Assembly: GCA_963796455.1 (NCBI GenBank)
Contig: CAWCLO010000004.1
Location: 928,001 to 992,000, forward strand
DNA length: 64,000 bases
From: Candidatus Sulfomarinibacteraceae bacterium
GTDB lineage: Bacteria > Acidobacteriota > Thermoanaerobaculia > Thermoanaerobaculales > Sulfomarinibacteraceae
Reading direction: 5' to 3'
Shown piece after piece: positions 10,214 to 20,359 of this stretch; within the stretch, counting starts at the first letter, position 1, and every line of letters begins with the position of its first letter. The notes under the pieces were generated by a model. That model saw only the letters and a list, made by a program, of their open reading frames with translations. It did no database searches and was not told the origin of the DNA. A program made the position numbers and the translations under genes.

Positions 10214-11225
10214 TCAGTCGCCGTCGAAGATGCCGCCGATGCCGCCCATTTTGCCGAGGATGGAGCCCTCACCCTTGCTCCCTCCCATGGTCTGCGGGGC
10301 CGCCTGCCAGATGCGTCCGGCGAGGCGTGAGAAGGGCAACGACTGGAGCCACACCTTGCCGGGTCCCCGGAGCCGGGCGAAGAAGAAGCCTTCACCACCA
10401 AAGATGGCGGATTTGACGCCGCCGACGAACTCGATGTCGTAGTTGACCGAGGTCTCGAGTGCAACCAGACATCCGGTGTCCACGCGCAGGGAGTCTCCCG
10501 GGCCAAGCTCGCGCTCGATGATGGTGCCGCCTGCGTGGATGAATGCGAGACCGTCGCCCTCGAGTTTCTGCATAATGAAGCCTTCACCGCCGAAAAGGGC
10601 AGTGCCGACCTTTTTCTGGAACGCAATGCTGACCGAAACACCCTTGGCAGCGCAGAGGAATGCGTCCTTTTGACAGACGAGGTTGCCGCCGTGACGGCTC
10701 AGATCGACCGGGATGATCTTGCCTGGATAGGGCGATGCGAAGGCGGCCCGGGCTTTTCCCGTGCCTTTGTGGGAGAAGACAGTCATAAAGAGGCTCTCGC
10801 CGGTGAGCACCCGTTTGCCTGCGCCGACCAGCTTGTCGATCATCGAGCTCTGTTTCTGTGAGCCATCGCCGAAGATCGTCTCCATCTCGATGCCGTCACC
10901 CATGTACATCATGGCTCCGGCCTCTGCGACCACGCTCTCGCCGGGATCGAGCTCGACCTCGACGAATTGCATCTCTTCACCGTGGATATCGAAATCCACG
11001 TCGTCCGCGGTCCCGCCGGAGCCTCGTCCGGGCGGTGGGGGTGGAGGAGTGTGACCCTTGAGCTCGGCCACCGTGTTGGCCGGAGCCCACGCGGTCACGC
11101 CTTCACAATAGACCTGGGTCGTCGGTCCATAGGCTGCTGCCCTCAAGGGCATCCACCAGCTCCGCCTCGCTCATCGGTCCGACCGTCTGACCATCCACCG
11201 CCACGTACCACATCCTGTCACTCAT
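10214..11225 (-). CDS. GYF_2 (DUF4339)-like domain + TIGR00266/AIM24 family protein; one frameshift near 11133
   Basis: AIM24-type 'EAGAMMYM...LTGESLF...QKDAFLC...GGEGF'; SD GAGGAGG then ATG at 11225 gives MSDRMWYVAVDGQTVGPMS..., which joins the downstream frame if one base is removed; TATAAT at 11261-11256. Confidence 0.8.
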
Positions 11226-11402
11226 TCTTCCTCCTCAAAATGCTCGGGTCGGTAGATTATACGTCGAACCGCGGCGGGAGATTCCAGCCAGACGAGGGGA
11301 AAGGGAGAAAGGGAGCAGGGGAGAGAGGGAGACTGAGTAGTCGGGATCATGGCAGGGTGGGCGATCCCCACATCTCCCTTTCGTGCGAGTTGGCCTCGAT
11401 AC

Positions 11403-12068
11403 TCAAACCCGCGCGATACACCCCGCATCATCATTTGCAGGTTTGTTCACGTAGGTGCTCACCGGATAGGCCTCCATTTGACCCGCCGGATGGGCGACGA
11501 GGATTTCGCTGAGACGATCGGCGGCCAGCGGTTCGGGTTTCAACCATTCGTCGTATCGGTCATCAGGTAGAATGACCGGCATGCGGTCGTGGAGTCCCGC
11601 GATGAGGTCGTTGGGTGAGGTGGTGATGATGGTGCAGGTTTCCAGAGGGTCGCCTTCCCCCTTGTTCCACCGTTCCCACAGACCTGCAAACGCGAATGGC
11701 CGGGCGTCCGCAAAGTGGATGAAGTGGGGCTGTTTGCCGCCGTCGGTCTTGACCCATTCGTAGAATCCGTCGGCCGGGATCAGGCAACGGCGGCTTTTGA
11801 CGGCGGAGCGAAAGGATGGCTTCTCCGCCACGGTCTCTCCCCGGGCGTTGATCATCCGGGCACCCATTTGGGGGTCCTTCGCCCACGACGGAACCAGCCC
11901 CCAGCGCAACATGGCGCATTCTCTCGATCGATCCTGTGCAGAGCGGACAACGGGGATCGGCTGGGTCGGCGCGATGTTGAATCTGGGTTTGAGATCTCTC
12001 GGCGGATCAACGTCGAAGACATCGGCCAACACCGAAGCATCGATAATCAGGGCAAATCTTCCGCACAT
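11403..12068 (-). CDS. SOS response-associated peptidase (SRAP/YedK family)
   Basis: MCGRF N-terminus, RFNIAPTQ, WGL, INARGET, GFYEW, HDRMPVIL. Confidence 0.95.
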   Translation of the reverse strand: MCGRFALIIDASVLADVFDVDPPRDLKPRFNIAPTQPIPVVRSAQDRSRECAMLRWGLVPSWAKDPQMGARMINARGETVAEKPSFRSAVKSRRCLIPADGFYEWVKTDGGKQPHFIHFADARPFAFAGLWERWNKGEGDPLETCTIITTSPNDLIAGLHDRMPVILPDDRYDEWLKPEPLAADRLSEILVAHPAGQMEAYPVSTYVNKPANDDAGCIARV

Positions 12069-12117
12069 GGGCACATTGTATGACGGCGGGCGCAAAAACG
12101 GTCAGGGCGGAAGAACA

Positions 12118-12950
12118 CCCGCAGATTGCCCAAATGACCCAGATCGGGGGACGCCGCAAAAACGAAGCCACAAAGACACGAAGGCGTCACATCAGGAAAA
12201 CCACGGAGGAACAGAGAGAGAGAGAGAACGCCCGCAGATCACGCAGATAAACGCAGATGACAGCATTTTTTGCAGTGGCGTCAGCCATCTCTGCAGGCGA
12301 ACGACGTCCGCCTCTCGAGGTTTTAACGCAGAGAAGCAAAGGCGCAAAGACGCAGAGGGCTTCCCCCGATGCAAGGCAGAACCGGCATGCCGGAGGCGTG
12401 CCGGCCGGTGGGGAGCGGGGTGACTCCGAACGCTGGCGATTGGAGACGCCCCGCTCCTCACCGGCGACTGGCGATCGGAGATCGTCTGTCGATCTGCCGA
12501 CACTGACGGAACCCTCTCAAAAGCTCGCCAATCGGGCCTTTGCGTTCTTTGCGGTTCAACCATGTGCACGCGAGACGCGTGCACCACCATGGTGGTGCAG
12601 CCGTCCCGGCTGCACTCCGGTCGTGCCTTTGCGATGGCTTCTGTGTTTTTCTGTGTGCTCTGTGGGCCTTTGCGGCCAGCTCCATCTGTGATTCCATCTC
12701 TGTGTCTCCGTGCCTCTGTGGTTTTCTTGGTGTGGCTGCTTTGTGTCTTCGTGTTTGCGACGAGAGCATTTGCGATGGATCTGCGTCTATCTGCGTGATC
12801 TGCGGGCTACTCGCGGTGCGATGTGATGGCTTCGTGCCTTGGTGTCTTGGTGGTCGCGACGAAATCGGTTGCAATAATTACCCCCGTCGCCCAATCTCCC
12901 TTTCCCTCCCTTTCCCCCTTTCTCCCATCCTCCCTTTCTCCCTTTTCTCT
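12118..12950. repeat. composite intergenic cluster of long-range inverted, short-period repeats and REP-like palindromes
   Basis: 12230-12258 vs 12779-12807 inverted (28/29 match); 12196-12225 vs 12697-12726 inverted; REP-like pair at 12564-12615; pyrimidine tract at 12894-12950. Confidence 0.8.
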
Positions 12951-12995
12951 CCGGATCTCGCCTGAAGTATCATGTTTGCCCCGCTGGAGGTCACG

Positions 12996-15125
12996 GTGAA
13001 AAAGAACTTGATCGCTGTTTCGTGGGTCTTTTTATTGGTGTTCATGGCGATGCCGAGCTCGGCAGACGGCGACAAACGCGCCTTCGAGATCGCCGATTAT
13101 TTCCGGACAGCATCGGTGGCATCGCCATCGGTCAGTGCCGATGGCTCACGGATCACCTTCACGGTCACCCGCCGCGAGATCGAGAGCGGTCAATCCTGGA
13201 CCGAGGTCTGGATGATGTCCGCCGACGGCAGCGGACTTCGGCAAATGACCCAGGGGCTGCACCACGACAGCTCCCCGGTTTTTTCACCAGATGGAAAGGA
13301 GCTGCTCTTCGTGTCCGACCGTGGCGACGGATCGCAGCTCTATCTGCTGCCGGTGGATGGCGGCGAGGCACGGCGGCTGACCGATTACCCGCCGGGTGTT
13401 TCGAATCCCGTCTGGTCACCCGATGGCAAGTACATCGCCGTGCAATCAGAGGTCTATCCGGAGTGCGGTTTCGACGGCGAGTGCAACGCCACCACTGCCG
13501 AATCCATCGAGGGTGGCCCCTTGACGGTGCGGATGACTGACGAACTCCTGTATCGCCACTGGACAGGTTGGCGGAACGGCCGTTTTTCCCATGTTCTGCT
13601 GGTTGATGTCGCAACCGGGGCAGTGGTGCGCGACATGACGCCCGGGCGTTGGGACAGCCCGACATTCTCGGTGGGTGGGGGAGGCTTTACGTTTTCGCCG
13701 GACAGCCGGGAATTGTGCGTGGTTTCCAATCACGATCGGGACCAGGCGCGCTCGACGAACGCCGATCTGTGGCTGATTCCGGTGGAAACGGCGGCGGTCA
13801 CACCGGAGGCAGTAAATATCACCACGGCAAACCAGGGCTGGGACGGCCACCCGGTTTACTCCCCGAGTGGACGGTACATCGCCTATCTGAGCCAGCAAAC
13901 ACCTGGATACGAGTCGGACCTGTATCGAATCAGTGTCTTCGATCGCAAGAAGAAGACCACCGAATACCTCACCGGGCACAAGAATTTTGACAACTGGATC
14001 AACGACCTGGCGTGGTCTGCCGATGAACGATGGCTCTACTTCACCGGTCACGAGACCGGGGAGACTCCCATTTACGCCCTCGATCTCGAAGGCGGTGATA
14101 TCCGGAAGGTTCACAGCGACGGGGCGATTGCCGGCTGGGGCCTGGGGGCAGAGGATTCAACCATCATCTATGCTCGCTCCAAAGTCGGTTCTCCGCCGGA
14201 GATCTTCTCGGTTTCCTCTGCGGGCGATGACGCAAAACAACTCACCCGTTTGAACGATGCGCTCGTATCTCAGGTCGATATCCGGCCTGCCGAGGTGATG
14301 TGGGTCGACGGTGAAGACGACACCAGAATCCAGGTCTTTGTGGTCAAACCTCATGGCTTCGATCCAACAAAAAAATATCCACTGATCCTCAATGTGCACG
14401 GTGGTCCGCAATCACCCTGGAAGGATCGTTATCGCGGCGACTGGCAGGTCTACCCCGGCAAGGGCTATGTGGTGGCGTTTCCGAATCCCACCGGGTCGGC
14501 CGGGTTTGGTCAGGATTACGTGGATGCCATTTCATGTGACTGGGGTGGACGCGTCTACCGAGATCTCATGAAGGTGACCGATGCGCTGGAAACCCTGCCC
14601 TATGTGGACGGCGATCGGATGGGTGCGATGGGTTGGTCTTACGGCGGCTACATGATGATGTGGTTCGCTGGGCATACCGACCGATTCAAGGCACTTGCAT
14701 CAATGATGGGTGTCTATGACCTGCGGTCGATGTGGGGAGCGACCGAGGAGCTCTGGTTTGTCGAGCACGACCTGTGCGGAGTTCCCTGGAAATCGAAAGA
14801 CTACGAAAAATGGTCGCCGTCGGCCTATGCGGAAGGTTTTTCATCACCCACTCTGGTGATTACCGGCGAGCGCGATTTCAGGGTTCCCTACACCCAGAGT
14901 CTTCACTTCTTCACCGATCTCAAGGTGAAGGATGTGCCCTCTCGTCTGGTGGTTTTCCCGGGTTCCGGGCACTGGCCGGGTTGGTACGAGATGGCCTTTT
15001 ACTACCTCGTTCATCTGGACTGGTTTCACCGTTGGCTGGGTGGCGAACCCGCACCATGGGATCCAAAGACCTTCTTGAGGAATCAGGTTTTCAGTCCGCC
15101 GACGGTGCCGGACAATCCCGAGTGA
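12996..15125 (+). CDS. secreted S9-family peptidase (dipeptidyl/acylaminoacyl peptidase)
   Basis: SD GGAGG then GTG; signal peptide; PD40 repeats; HGGP, GWSYGG nucleophile, D(FRV), GH. Confidence 0.93.
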   Translation: MKKNLIAVSWVFLLVFMAMPSSADGDKRAFEIADYFRTASVASPSVSADGSRITFTVTRREIESGQSWTEVWMMSADGSGLRQMTQGLHHDSSPVFSPDGKELLFVSDRGDGSQLYLLPVDGGEARRLTDYPPGVSNPVWSPDGKYIAVQSEVYPECGFDGECNATTAESIEGGPLTVRMTDELLYRHWTGWRNGRFSHVLLVDVATGAVVRDMTPGRWDSPTFSVGGGGFTFSPDSRELCVVSNHDRDQARSTNADLWLIPVETAAVTPEAVNITTANQGWDGHPVYSPSGRYIAYLSQQTPGYESDLYRISVFDRKKKTTEYLTGHKNFDNWINDLAWSADERWLYFTGHETGETPIYALDLEGGDIRKVHSDGAIAGWGLGAEDSTIIYARSKVGSPPEIFSVSSAGDDAKQLTRLNDALVSQVDIRPAEVMWVDGEDDTRIQVFVVKPHGFDPTKKYPLILNVHGGPQSPWKDRYRGDWQVYPGKGYVVAFPNPTGSAGFGQDYVDAISCDWGGRVYRDLMKVTDALETLPYVDGDRMGAMGWSYGGYMMMWFAGHTDRFKALASMMGVYDLRSMWGATEELWFVEHDLCGVPWKSKDYEKWSPSAYAEGFSSPTLVITGERDFRVPYTQSLHFFTDLKVKDVPSRLVVFPGSGHWPGWYEMAFYYLVHLDWFHRWLGGEPAPWDPKTFLRNQVFSPPTVPDNPE

Positions 15126-15238
15126 GAACATTGGCCGTGGCGGTGCCCGGATTCGCCGATTCTGGGGGATGATGGAAAGCGGGAACTACCGGGAAGTGGT
15201 AGCCTTCTGCGCAGAAAGCGCACAGTTGAGGAGATGAG

Positions 15239-16591
15239 ATGGCAGGAATTTTCAAAGCCTATGATATCCGGGGAACCTATCCCGACCAATTGAATGAGGA
15301 GACTGCCTTTCGCGTGGGTTACCACTTTCGCGAGCTGCTCGACGATGAAGACCTGGCCCTCGGCCCGGTGGTCGTGGTTTCGCGCGATATGCGTTCGCAT
15401 TCGGTGCCCATGGCCCGCGCCCTCAAGGATGGTCTGAGAGCGAGTGGAGTCGCGGTTGTGGATATCGGTGTGGCCGATACGCCGCAGAACTATTTCGGGA
15501 TCGGTTTTCTCGGCGCATCTGGAGGCATTCAGGTCACTGCGAGCCACAATCCCGCGGTGTACAACGGCTTCAAAATGTCGCGGCGCGATGCGATCCCCGT
15601 GTCGTATGAGACCGGGATCGAAAATCTCGAGGCTCTCGTCGAGGCGTCCGATGTCCCGTTGGATTCACCGCCGCTGGCCGGCGAAGAGGAGCGGTCGGTC
15701 TTCGAGGAGTACACCGCCCACGTCCTGGCCGAGGTGACCGTGTTGGAACCGCGGCTCAAGCTTGCCGCCGATGCCGCCAACGGGATGGCCACGATCTATC
15801 TGCCGATCCTCGAACAGCTCAATGTGGACCTGGTGCCGCTCTATTTCGAGCTCGACGGGACCTTTCCCAATCACGAGGCGAACCCCCTCAAACACGAAAA
15901 CCTGGTGGATGTGGAGCGGGCGGTTTCCGAAAACGGTTGTGATCTCGGAGTCGCCTTCGATGGTGACGCGGATCGCGCCATCTTGATTGACGAAAAGGGC
16001 CGTTTCATATCGGCGGACAAGCTGACCGGGCTACTGGCGCCGCGCTTTCTCAAGGATGAGCCGGGCGCATCGATCGTCTACGATCTGCGCTCCTCCTGGG
16101 CGACCAAGGAGGCAATCGAGGAGGCCGGTGGTGTTCCGGTTCGAGAGCGGGTCGGCCACAGTTTCATGAAAGCGACGATGCGGGAGGTCGGATCTCCCTT
16201 TGGCGGAGAACTCGCCGGGCACTTCTATTTTCGCCGCAATTTCACCGCCGACTCGTCCATCATGACGGTCATCGAGACCCTCAATCACGTACGTGAGAAT
16301 GGGCGGCCGCTGTCGGAACTGGTAGCGCCGCTCGAGCGCTACTTCGCCACCGGTGAGATCAATTTCCACGTCGAAGACAAGGAGGGCATGATCCGACGCC
16401 TGGCTGAAGATTTCTCGGATGGCGAGGTTGATTTCTTAGATGGGATCACCGCCCAGTTCGATGACTGGTGGTTCAACGTCAGACAATCGAATACCGAGCC
16501 CCTGCTGCGATTGGTGCTCGAAGCGAAGACCCAAGAGTTGATGGATGAGAAAACCGCGGTGCTTCTCGGCTATCTCGGAACACCTGAGTAG
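15239..16591 (+). CDS. phosphomannomutase/phosphoglucomutase
   Basis: FKAYDIRG, TASHNP, FDGDADR, GELAGH, RQSNTEP. Confidence 0.95.
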   Translation: MAGIFKAYDIRGTYPDQLNEETAFRVGYHFRELLDDEDLALGPVVVVSRDMRSHSVPMARALKDGLRASGVAVVDIGVADTPQNYFGIGFLGASGGIQVTASHNPAVYNGFKMSRRDAIPVSYETGIENLEALVEASDVPLDSPPLAGEEERSVFEEYTAHVLAEVTVLEPRLKLAADAANGMATIYLPILEQLNVDLVPLYFELDGTFPNHEANPLKHENLVDVERAVSENGCDLGVAFDGDADRAILIDEKGRFISADKLTGLLAPRFLKDEPGASIVYDLRSSWATKEAIEEAGGVPVRERVGHSFMKATMREVGSPFGGELAGHFYFRRNFTADSSIMTVIETLNHVRENGRPLSELVAPLERYFATGEINFHVEDKEGMIRRLAEDFSDGEVDFLDGITAQFDDWWFNVRQSNTEPLLRLVLEAKTQELMDEKTAVLLGYLGTPE

Positions 16592-16603
16592 GTTGGAGGG
16601 AGC

Positions 16604-18436
16604 ATGACGGCGATCCTTGGTATCTCGGCCTACTACCACGATTCCGCGGCGGCCCTGGTGGTCGACGGCAGAATTGTCGCCGCCGCCCAGGAAGAACGAT
16701 TCACGCGGGTCAAACACGACCACGAGTTTCCAAAGAACGCAATTGACTATTGCCTCAAAGAGGCTGGGATCGAACCCGGTGATCTGGATTATGTCGGTTT
16801 CTACGACAAGCCCTTCCTCAAGTTTGAACGGATTCTCGAGACCTATCTTTCATTCGCCCCGGTGGGTTTTCGGTCCTTTCTCAAGGCGATGCCCTTGTGG
16901 ATGCGGCAGAAACTTCATCTGCCGCGGGAGATCCGCCGCGAGCTCGACGGTCACTATCGGCGCCAGATCGTCTTCACCGAGCACCACGAGTCGCACGCTG
17001 CTTCGGCATTCTTTCCTTCGCCCTTCGAGGTGGCGGCGGTCCTGACTCTCGACGGGGTTGGGGAGTGGGCCACCGCCAGCTTCGGAGTCGGACGCGGCAA
17101 CAAGCTCGAGCTCAGCCACGAACTCCAGTTTCCCCACTCGCTCGGGCTGCTCTATTCGGCATTCACCTATTTCTGCGGATTCAAGGTGAATTCAGGCGAA
17201 TACAAGCTGATGGGCTTGGCGCCATACGGTACTCCGCGTTATACGGAAGAGATCTACGACAAACTCCTCGATCTTCGCGACGACGGTTCCTTTCGCCTGG
17301 ATCTCTCCTATTTCAACTACTGCCAGGGTCTCACCATGACATCGCATCGTTTCGATGGGCTCTTCGGAGGCCCGCCGCGGGCGCCGGAGTCGCCGCTGAC
17401 TCAGCGGGAAATGGACATCGCGGCCTCGATTCAAAAGGTAACGGAGGAGATCGTCCTCCGCTCGGTGCGCCACATTCACGATCAAACCGGGGTCAAGAAT
17501 CTCTGTTTGGCAGGGGGCGTCGCGTTGAATTGTGTCGGCAACGGTCGTATCCTCCGCGAAGGCCCTTTCGAGAATATCTGGATTCAGCCCGCCGCGGGTG
17601 ACGCCGGAGGCGCCCTCGGTACTGCCCTCTTCATCTGGTATCAGCTTCTGGACAATCAACGGAAGACCGAATCTCCGGATGCTCAGACCGGCTCCCTTTT
17701 GGGGCCGAGGTTCTCCGATGAAGAGATCGAGTCCTACCTCGAGAAGACCGGTTCGGTTTATCGCCACTTCGCGGACCCGGATGAGCTCGACCGCGAGATC
17801 GTCGATCTCATCGAAGGCGGCAAGGTCGTCGGTCTCTTCCAGGGTCGTATGGAGTTCGGACCTCGCGCCCTCGGGTGCCGTTCCATCATCGGTGATGCAC
17901 GAAGTCGCGAGATGCAATCGGTGATGAATCTGAAGATCAAATTCCGCGAATCATTCCGGCCCTTTGCACCGATCGTCCTGCGAGAACAGGTATCCGAGTA
18001 CTTCGAGATGGAGGATGAGGAAGACAGTCCCTACATGCTCCTGGTGGCGTCCGTCGCCGAGGACAAACTTCTCGCGGTCGACGAGGGCGATGCCGAAGGG
18101 CTCGACAAGCTGAAACAGATCCGCTCCCAGGTGCCGGCGATCACCCATGTTGACAACTCGGCCCGAGTTCAGACTGTTGATCCCGTTCGCCACGAACGTC
18201 TGCATCGTTTGATGTCGTGTTTTTTCAAAAGAACAGGATGTCCTGTGATGATCAATACCTCTTTCAATGTTCGTGGCGAACCCATCGTCTGCACTCCGAA
18301 GGACGCCTATCACTGTTTTATGGGCACCGATATGGATGTGCTGGTGCTGGAGAACTTCGTTCTGCTCAAACCGGATCAACCGGAAACCGCGGCGCCGGAC
18401 CGCGATGAATACCTCGCGCAATTCGAGTTGGATTGA
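16604..18436 (+). CDS. O-carbamoyltransferase (NodU/CmcH family, SxtI-like)
   Basis: HDSAA, EERF, HHESH, GEYKLMGLA, GGVALN, EFGPRALG, NTSFN. Confidence 0.95.
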   Translation: MTAILGISAYYHDSAAALVVDGRIVAAAQEERFTRVKHDHEFPKNAIDYCLKEAGIEPGDLDYVGFYDKPFLKFERILETYLSFAPVGFRSFLKAMPLWMRQKLHLPREIRRELDGHYRRQIVFTEHHESHAASAFFPSPFEVAAVLTLDGVGEWATASFGVGRGNKLELSHELQFPHSLGLLYSAFTYFCGFKVNSGEYKLMGLAPYGTPRYTEEIYDKLLDLRDDGSFRLDLSYFNYCQGLTMTSHRFDGLFGGPPRAPESPLTQREMDIAASIQKVTEEIVLRSVRHIHDQTGVKNLCLAGGVALNCVGNGRILREGPFENIWIQPAAGDAGGALGTALFIWYQLLDNQRKTESPDAQTGSLLGPRFSDEEIESYLEKTGSVYRHFADPDELDREIVDLIEGGKVVGLFQGRMEFGPRALGCRSIIGDARSREMQSVMNLKIKFRESFRPFAPIVLREQVSEYFEMEDEEDSPYMLLVASVAEDKLLAVDEGDAEGLDKLKQIRSQVPAITHVDNSARVQTVDPVRHERLHRLMSCFFKRTGCPVMINTSFNVRGEPIVCTPKDAYHCFMGTDMDVLVLENFVLLKPDQPETAAPDRDEYLAQFELD

Positions 18437-18445
18437 GGTGTCGCC

Positions 18446-18865
18446 ATGAGTGTCGTTCAGATCAATACTGACCCCACCCGGAAACAGCTCAATCAATTCG
18501 GATTCATCTGGATGGGCTTCGTGGCTTTTTTTGGCCTCGTTGCCTACTTCAAATTCGGTCAACCGCAGGTGGCGCGTGGTCTCTGGATCGCATCGGTGGT
18601 CGTACCGGCCATCGGTTGGATCTTTCCTCCCATCATGCGCCTCGTTTTTCTCGGGATGTCCTATCTCGCCTGGCCCATCGGTTTTGTCGTCTCACACGTG
18701 GTCCTGGCACTGGTCTATTACCTCGTGTTGACGCCTATCGGTCTGCTCATGCGGCTCTTCAGGTATGATCCTATGAGAAGGAAGTTCGACCGCGAGGCGT
18801 CAAGTTATTGGATCGAACGCGCGACGGTGACCGGGGACCCGAAGCGGTACTTCCGCCAGTTTTGA
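18446..18865 (+). CDS. SxtJ-family membrane protein
   Basis: Hydrophobic; 'YYLVLTPIGLLMRLF..DP...SYW...RQF' C-terminus; follows the carbamoyltransferase. Confidence 0.85.
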   Translation: MSVVQINTDPTRKQLNQFGFIWMGFVAFFGLVAYFKFGQPQVARGLWIASVVVPAIGWIFPPIMRLVFLGMSYLAWPIGFVVSHVVLALVYYLVLTPIGLLMRLFRYDPMRRKFDREASSYWIERATVTGDPKRYFRQF

Positions 18866-18874
18866 GGGGTTGGA

Positions 18875-19078
18875 ATGACTGATCACGAAACCAACGGTTC
18901 CGAATTCGAACGCGAGGCAAGCGAAAAACCACAGGGAATCGTGCGCGAGTTTCTCGATTTCTTGATGCATAACAAGAAGTGGTGGTTGACACCCATCATT
19001 CTGGTTTTGCTGCTGGTCACAGTCCTGATCGTGCTTTCCGGTTCCGCTGCGGCGCCCTTTATCTACACGCTCTTCTGA
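18875..19078 (+). CDS. SxtK-like small protein (DUF5989)
   Basis: 'KKWWLTPII...APFIYTLF' signature. Confidence 0.88.
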   Translation: MTDHETNGSEFEREASEKPQGIVREFLDFLMHNKKWWLTPIILVLLLVTVLIVLSGSAAAPFIYTLF

Positions 19079-19115
19079 TGCCTGAAACGTTGCGGGATTG
19101 AGGTAGGCTGAGGGC

Positions 19116-20195
19116 ATGGACAGGCGCAAAACAGGTCTCGGATCCCGCGGGTTGGCGGTCGGAGCGGCTGCGGTCATCGTACTGGCGGGGCTGAAGGCCG
19201 CCCAGGCCTTGGTGATTCCGTTTCTTTTGGCCCTCTTCCTGGCCATCATCTGCAGCCCGGCAGTCGCCTGGATGACACGCCGTCGAGTTCCCGTAGCGCT
19301 CGCGGTACTGATCGTGGTCGTGATTCTGTTGGGAGTCTTCTCGGGCTTCGGTGCGATCGTCGGGAGTTCGGTGAATGAATTCGCATCCTTCGCGAGCCTG
19401 TATCAAAGCAGATTCGACGGTCTCTTGAAGTCGGTGTCGACCTGGGCGGTAGCTCACGACATCGACCCGGAGTCCCTCGACGTGCTCATGATGCTGCAGC
19501 CCAGCGAATTGATGAATCTGCTGGGCGGGGTACTGAAGAATCTGGCCAACGTCCTGTCGAATCTCTTTTTGATTCTCCTCACGATGATCTTCATGCTTCT
19601 CGAGGCGGCGAGTCTTCCGACCAAGATCAAGGCGGCGGTGGGGCACGGGCGATTCGATGTCGAAAACACCAGGCAGGTTGTTACCCAGGTTCAGCAATAC
19701 CTCGGAATCAAAACTGCAACCAGTCTGACCACCGGCATCGTGGTCGGACTCTGGACCGCCATTATCGGCCTCGATTTTGCGGTGGTCTGGGGACTGCTCG
19801 CATTCCTCCTCAACTACATTCCAAGCATCGGTTCGATTGTGGCGGCGGTCCCGGCGGTGCTCCTGGGGCTGGTTCAGGGGGGCTTCGGCTACGCAATCCT
19901 GGTGGCTGTCGGCTATGTCGTGGTCAACGTGACCATCGGAAACTTCGTCGAGCCCTTTCTGTTGGGCCGCACCCTCGGGATGTCGACTCTGGTTGTTTTC
20001 ATGTCATTGGTCTTTTGGGGATTCATGTGGGGCAGCATCGGGATGCTGCTCTCGGTCCCGCTCACGATGATCATCAAGATTCTGCTCGACAATACCGATG
20101 ACCTGAAATGGGTTGCCGTGATGCTCGATAGCCGTCGTGGGGCCGAGAAGCGCCTCGAAGCGATGGCTGCCGATTCGCCAGCCACCTCCGAGTGA
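19116..20195 (+). CDS. AI-2E family transporter
   Basis: Multiple TM helices; 'YLGIKT', 'LNYIPSIGS', 'GNFVEP', 'LSVPLT'. Confidence 0.9.
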   Translation: MDRRKTGLGSRGLAVGAAAVIVLAGLKAAQALVIPFLLALFLAIICSPAVAWMTRRRVPVALAVLIVVVILLGVFSGFGAIVGSSVNEFASFASLYQSRFDGLLKSVSTWAVAHDIDPESLDVLMMLQPSELMNLLGGVLKNLANVLSNLFLILLTMIFMLLEAASLPTKIKAAVGHGRFDVENTRQVVTQVQQYLGIKTATSLTTGIVVGLWTAIIGLDFAVVWGLLAFLLNYIPSIGSIVAAVPAVLLGLVQGGFGYAILVAVGYVVVNVTIGNFVEPFLLGRTLGMSTLVVFMSLVFWGFMWGSIGMLLSVPLTMIIKILLDNTDDLKWVAVMLDSRRGAEKRLEAMAADSPATSE

Positions 20196-20359
20196 GCTGA
20201 AAAACCCTCGAAAACGCTGCGGACGCCAGCGAGACCCATTCAGAAATGATTATTTGGGAGTTCTTCATAAAACTTCGGTTTCGGGGGTCGAAAACGAGCT
20301 CGCTTTCCTGTCGGGCACTTGTCAGAGAGATTACAATGGACCGCCAAGGGGGAGGGCTG

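Noticed and set aside
12118..12950. Possible CRISPR array or coding ORFs in the repeat region
   Set aside because: Repeats are inverted and heterogeneous with no constant repeat-spacer period; the ORFs are low-complexity translations of repeats
16604..19078. Saxitoxin biosynthesis cluster
   Set aside because: No sxtA, sxtG or other core genes; this trio is widespread
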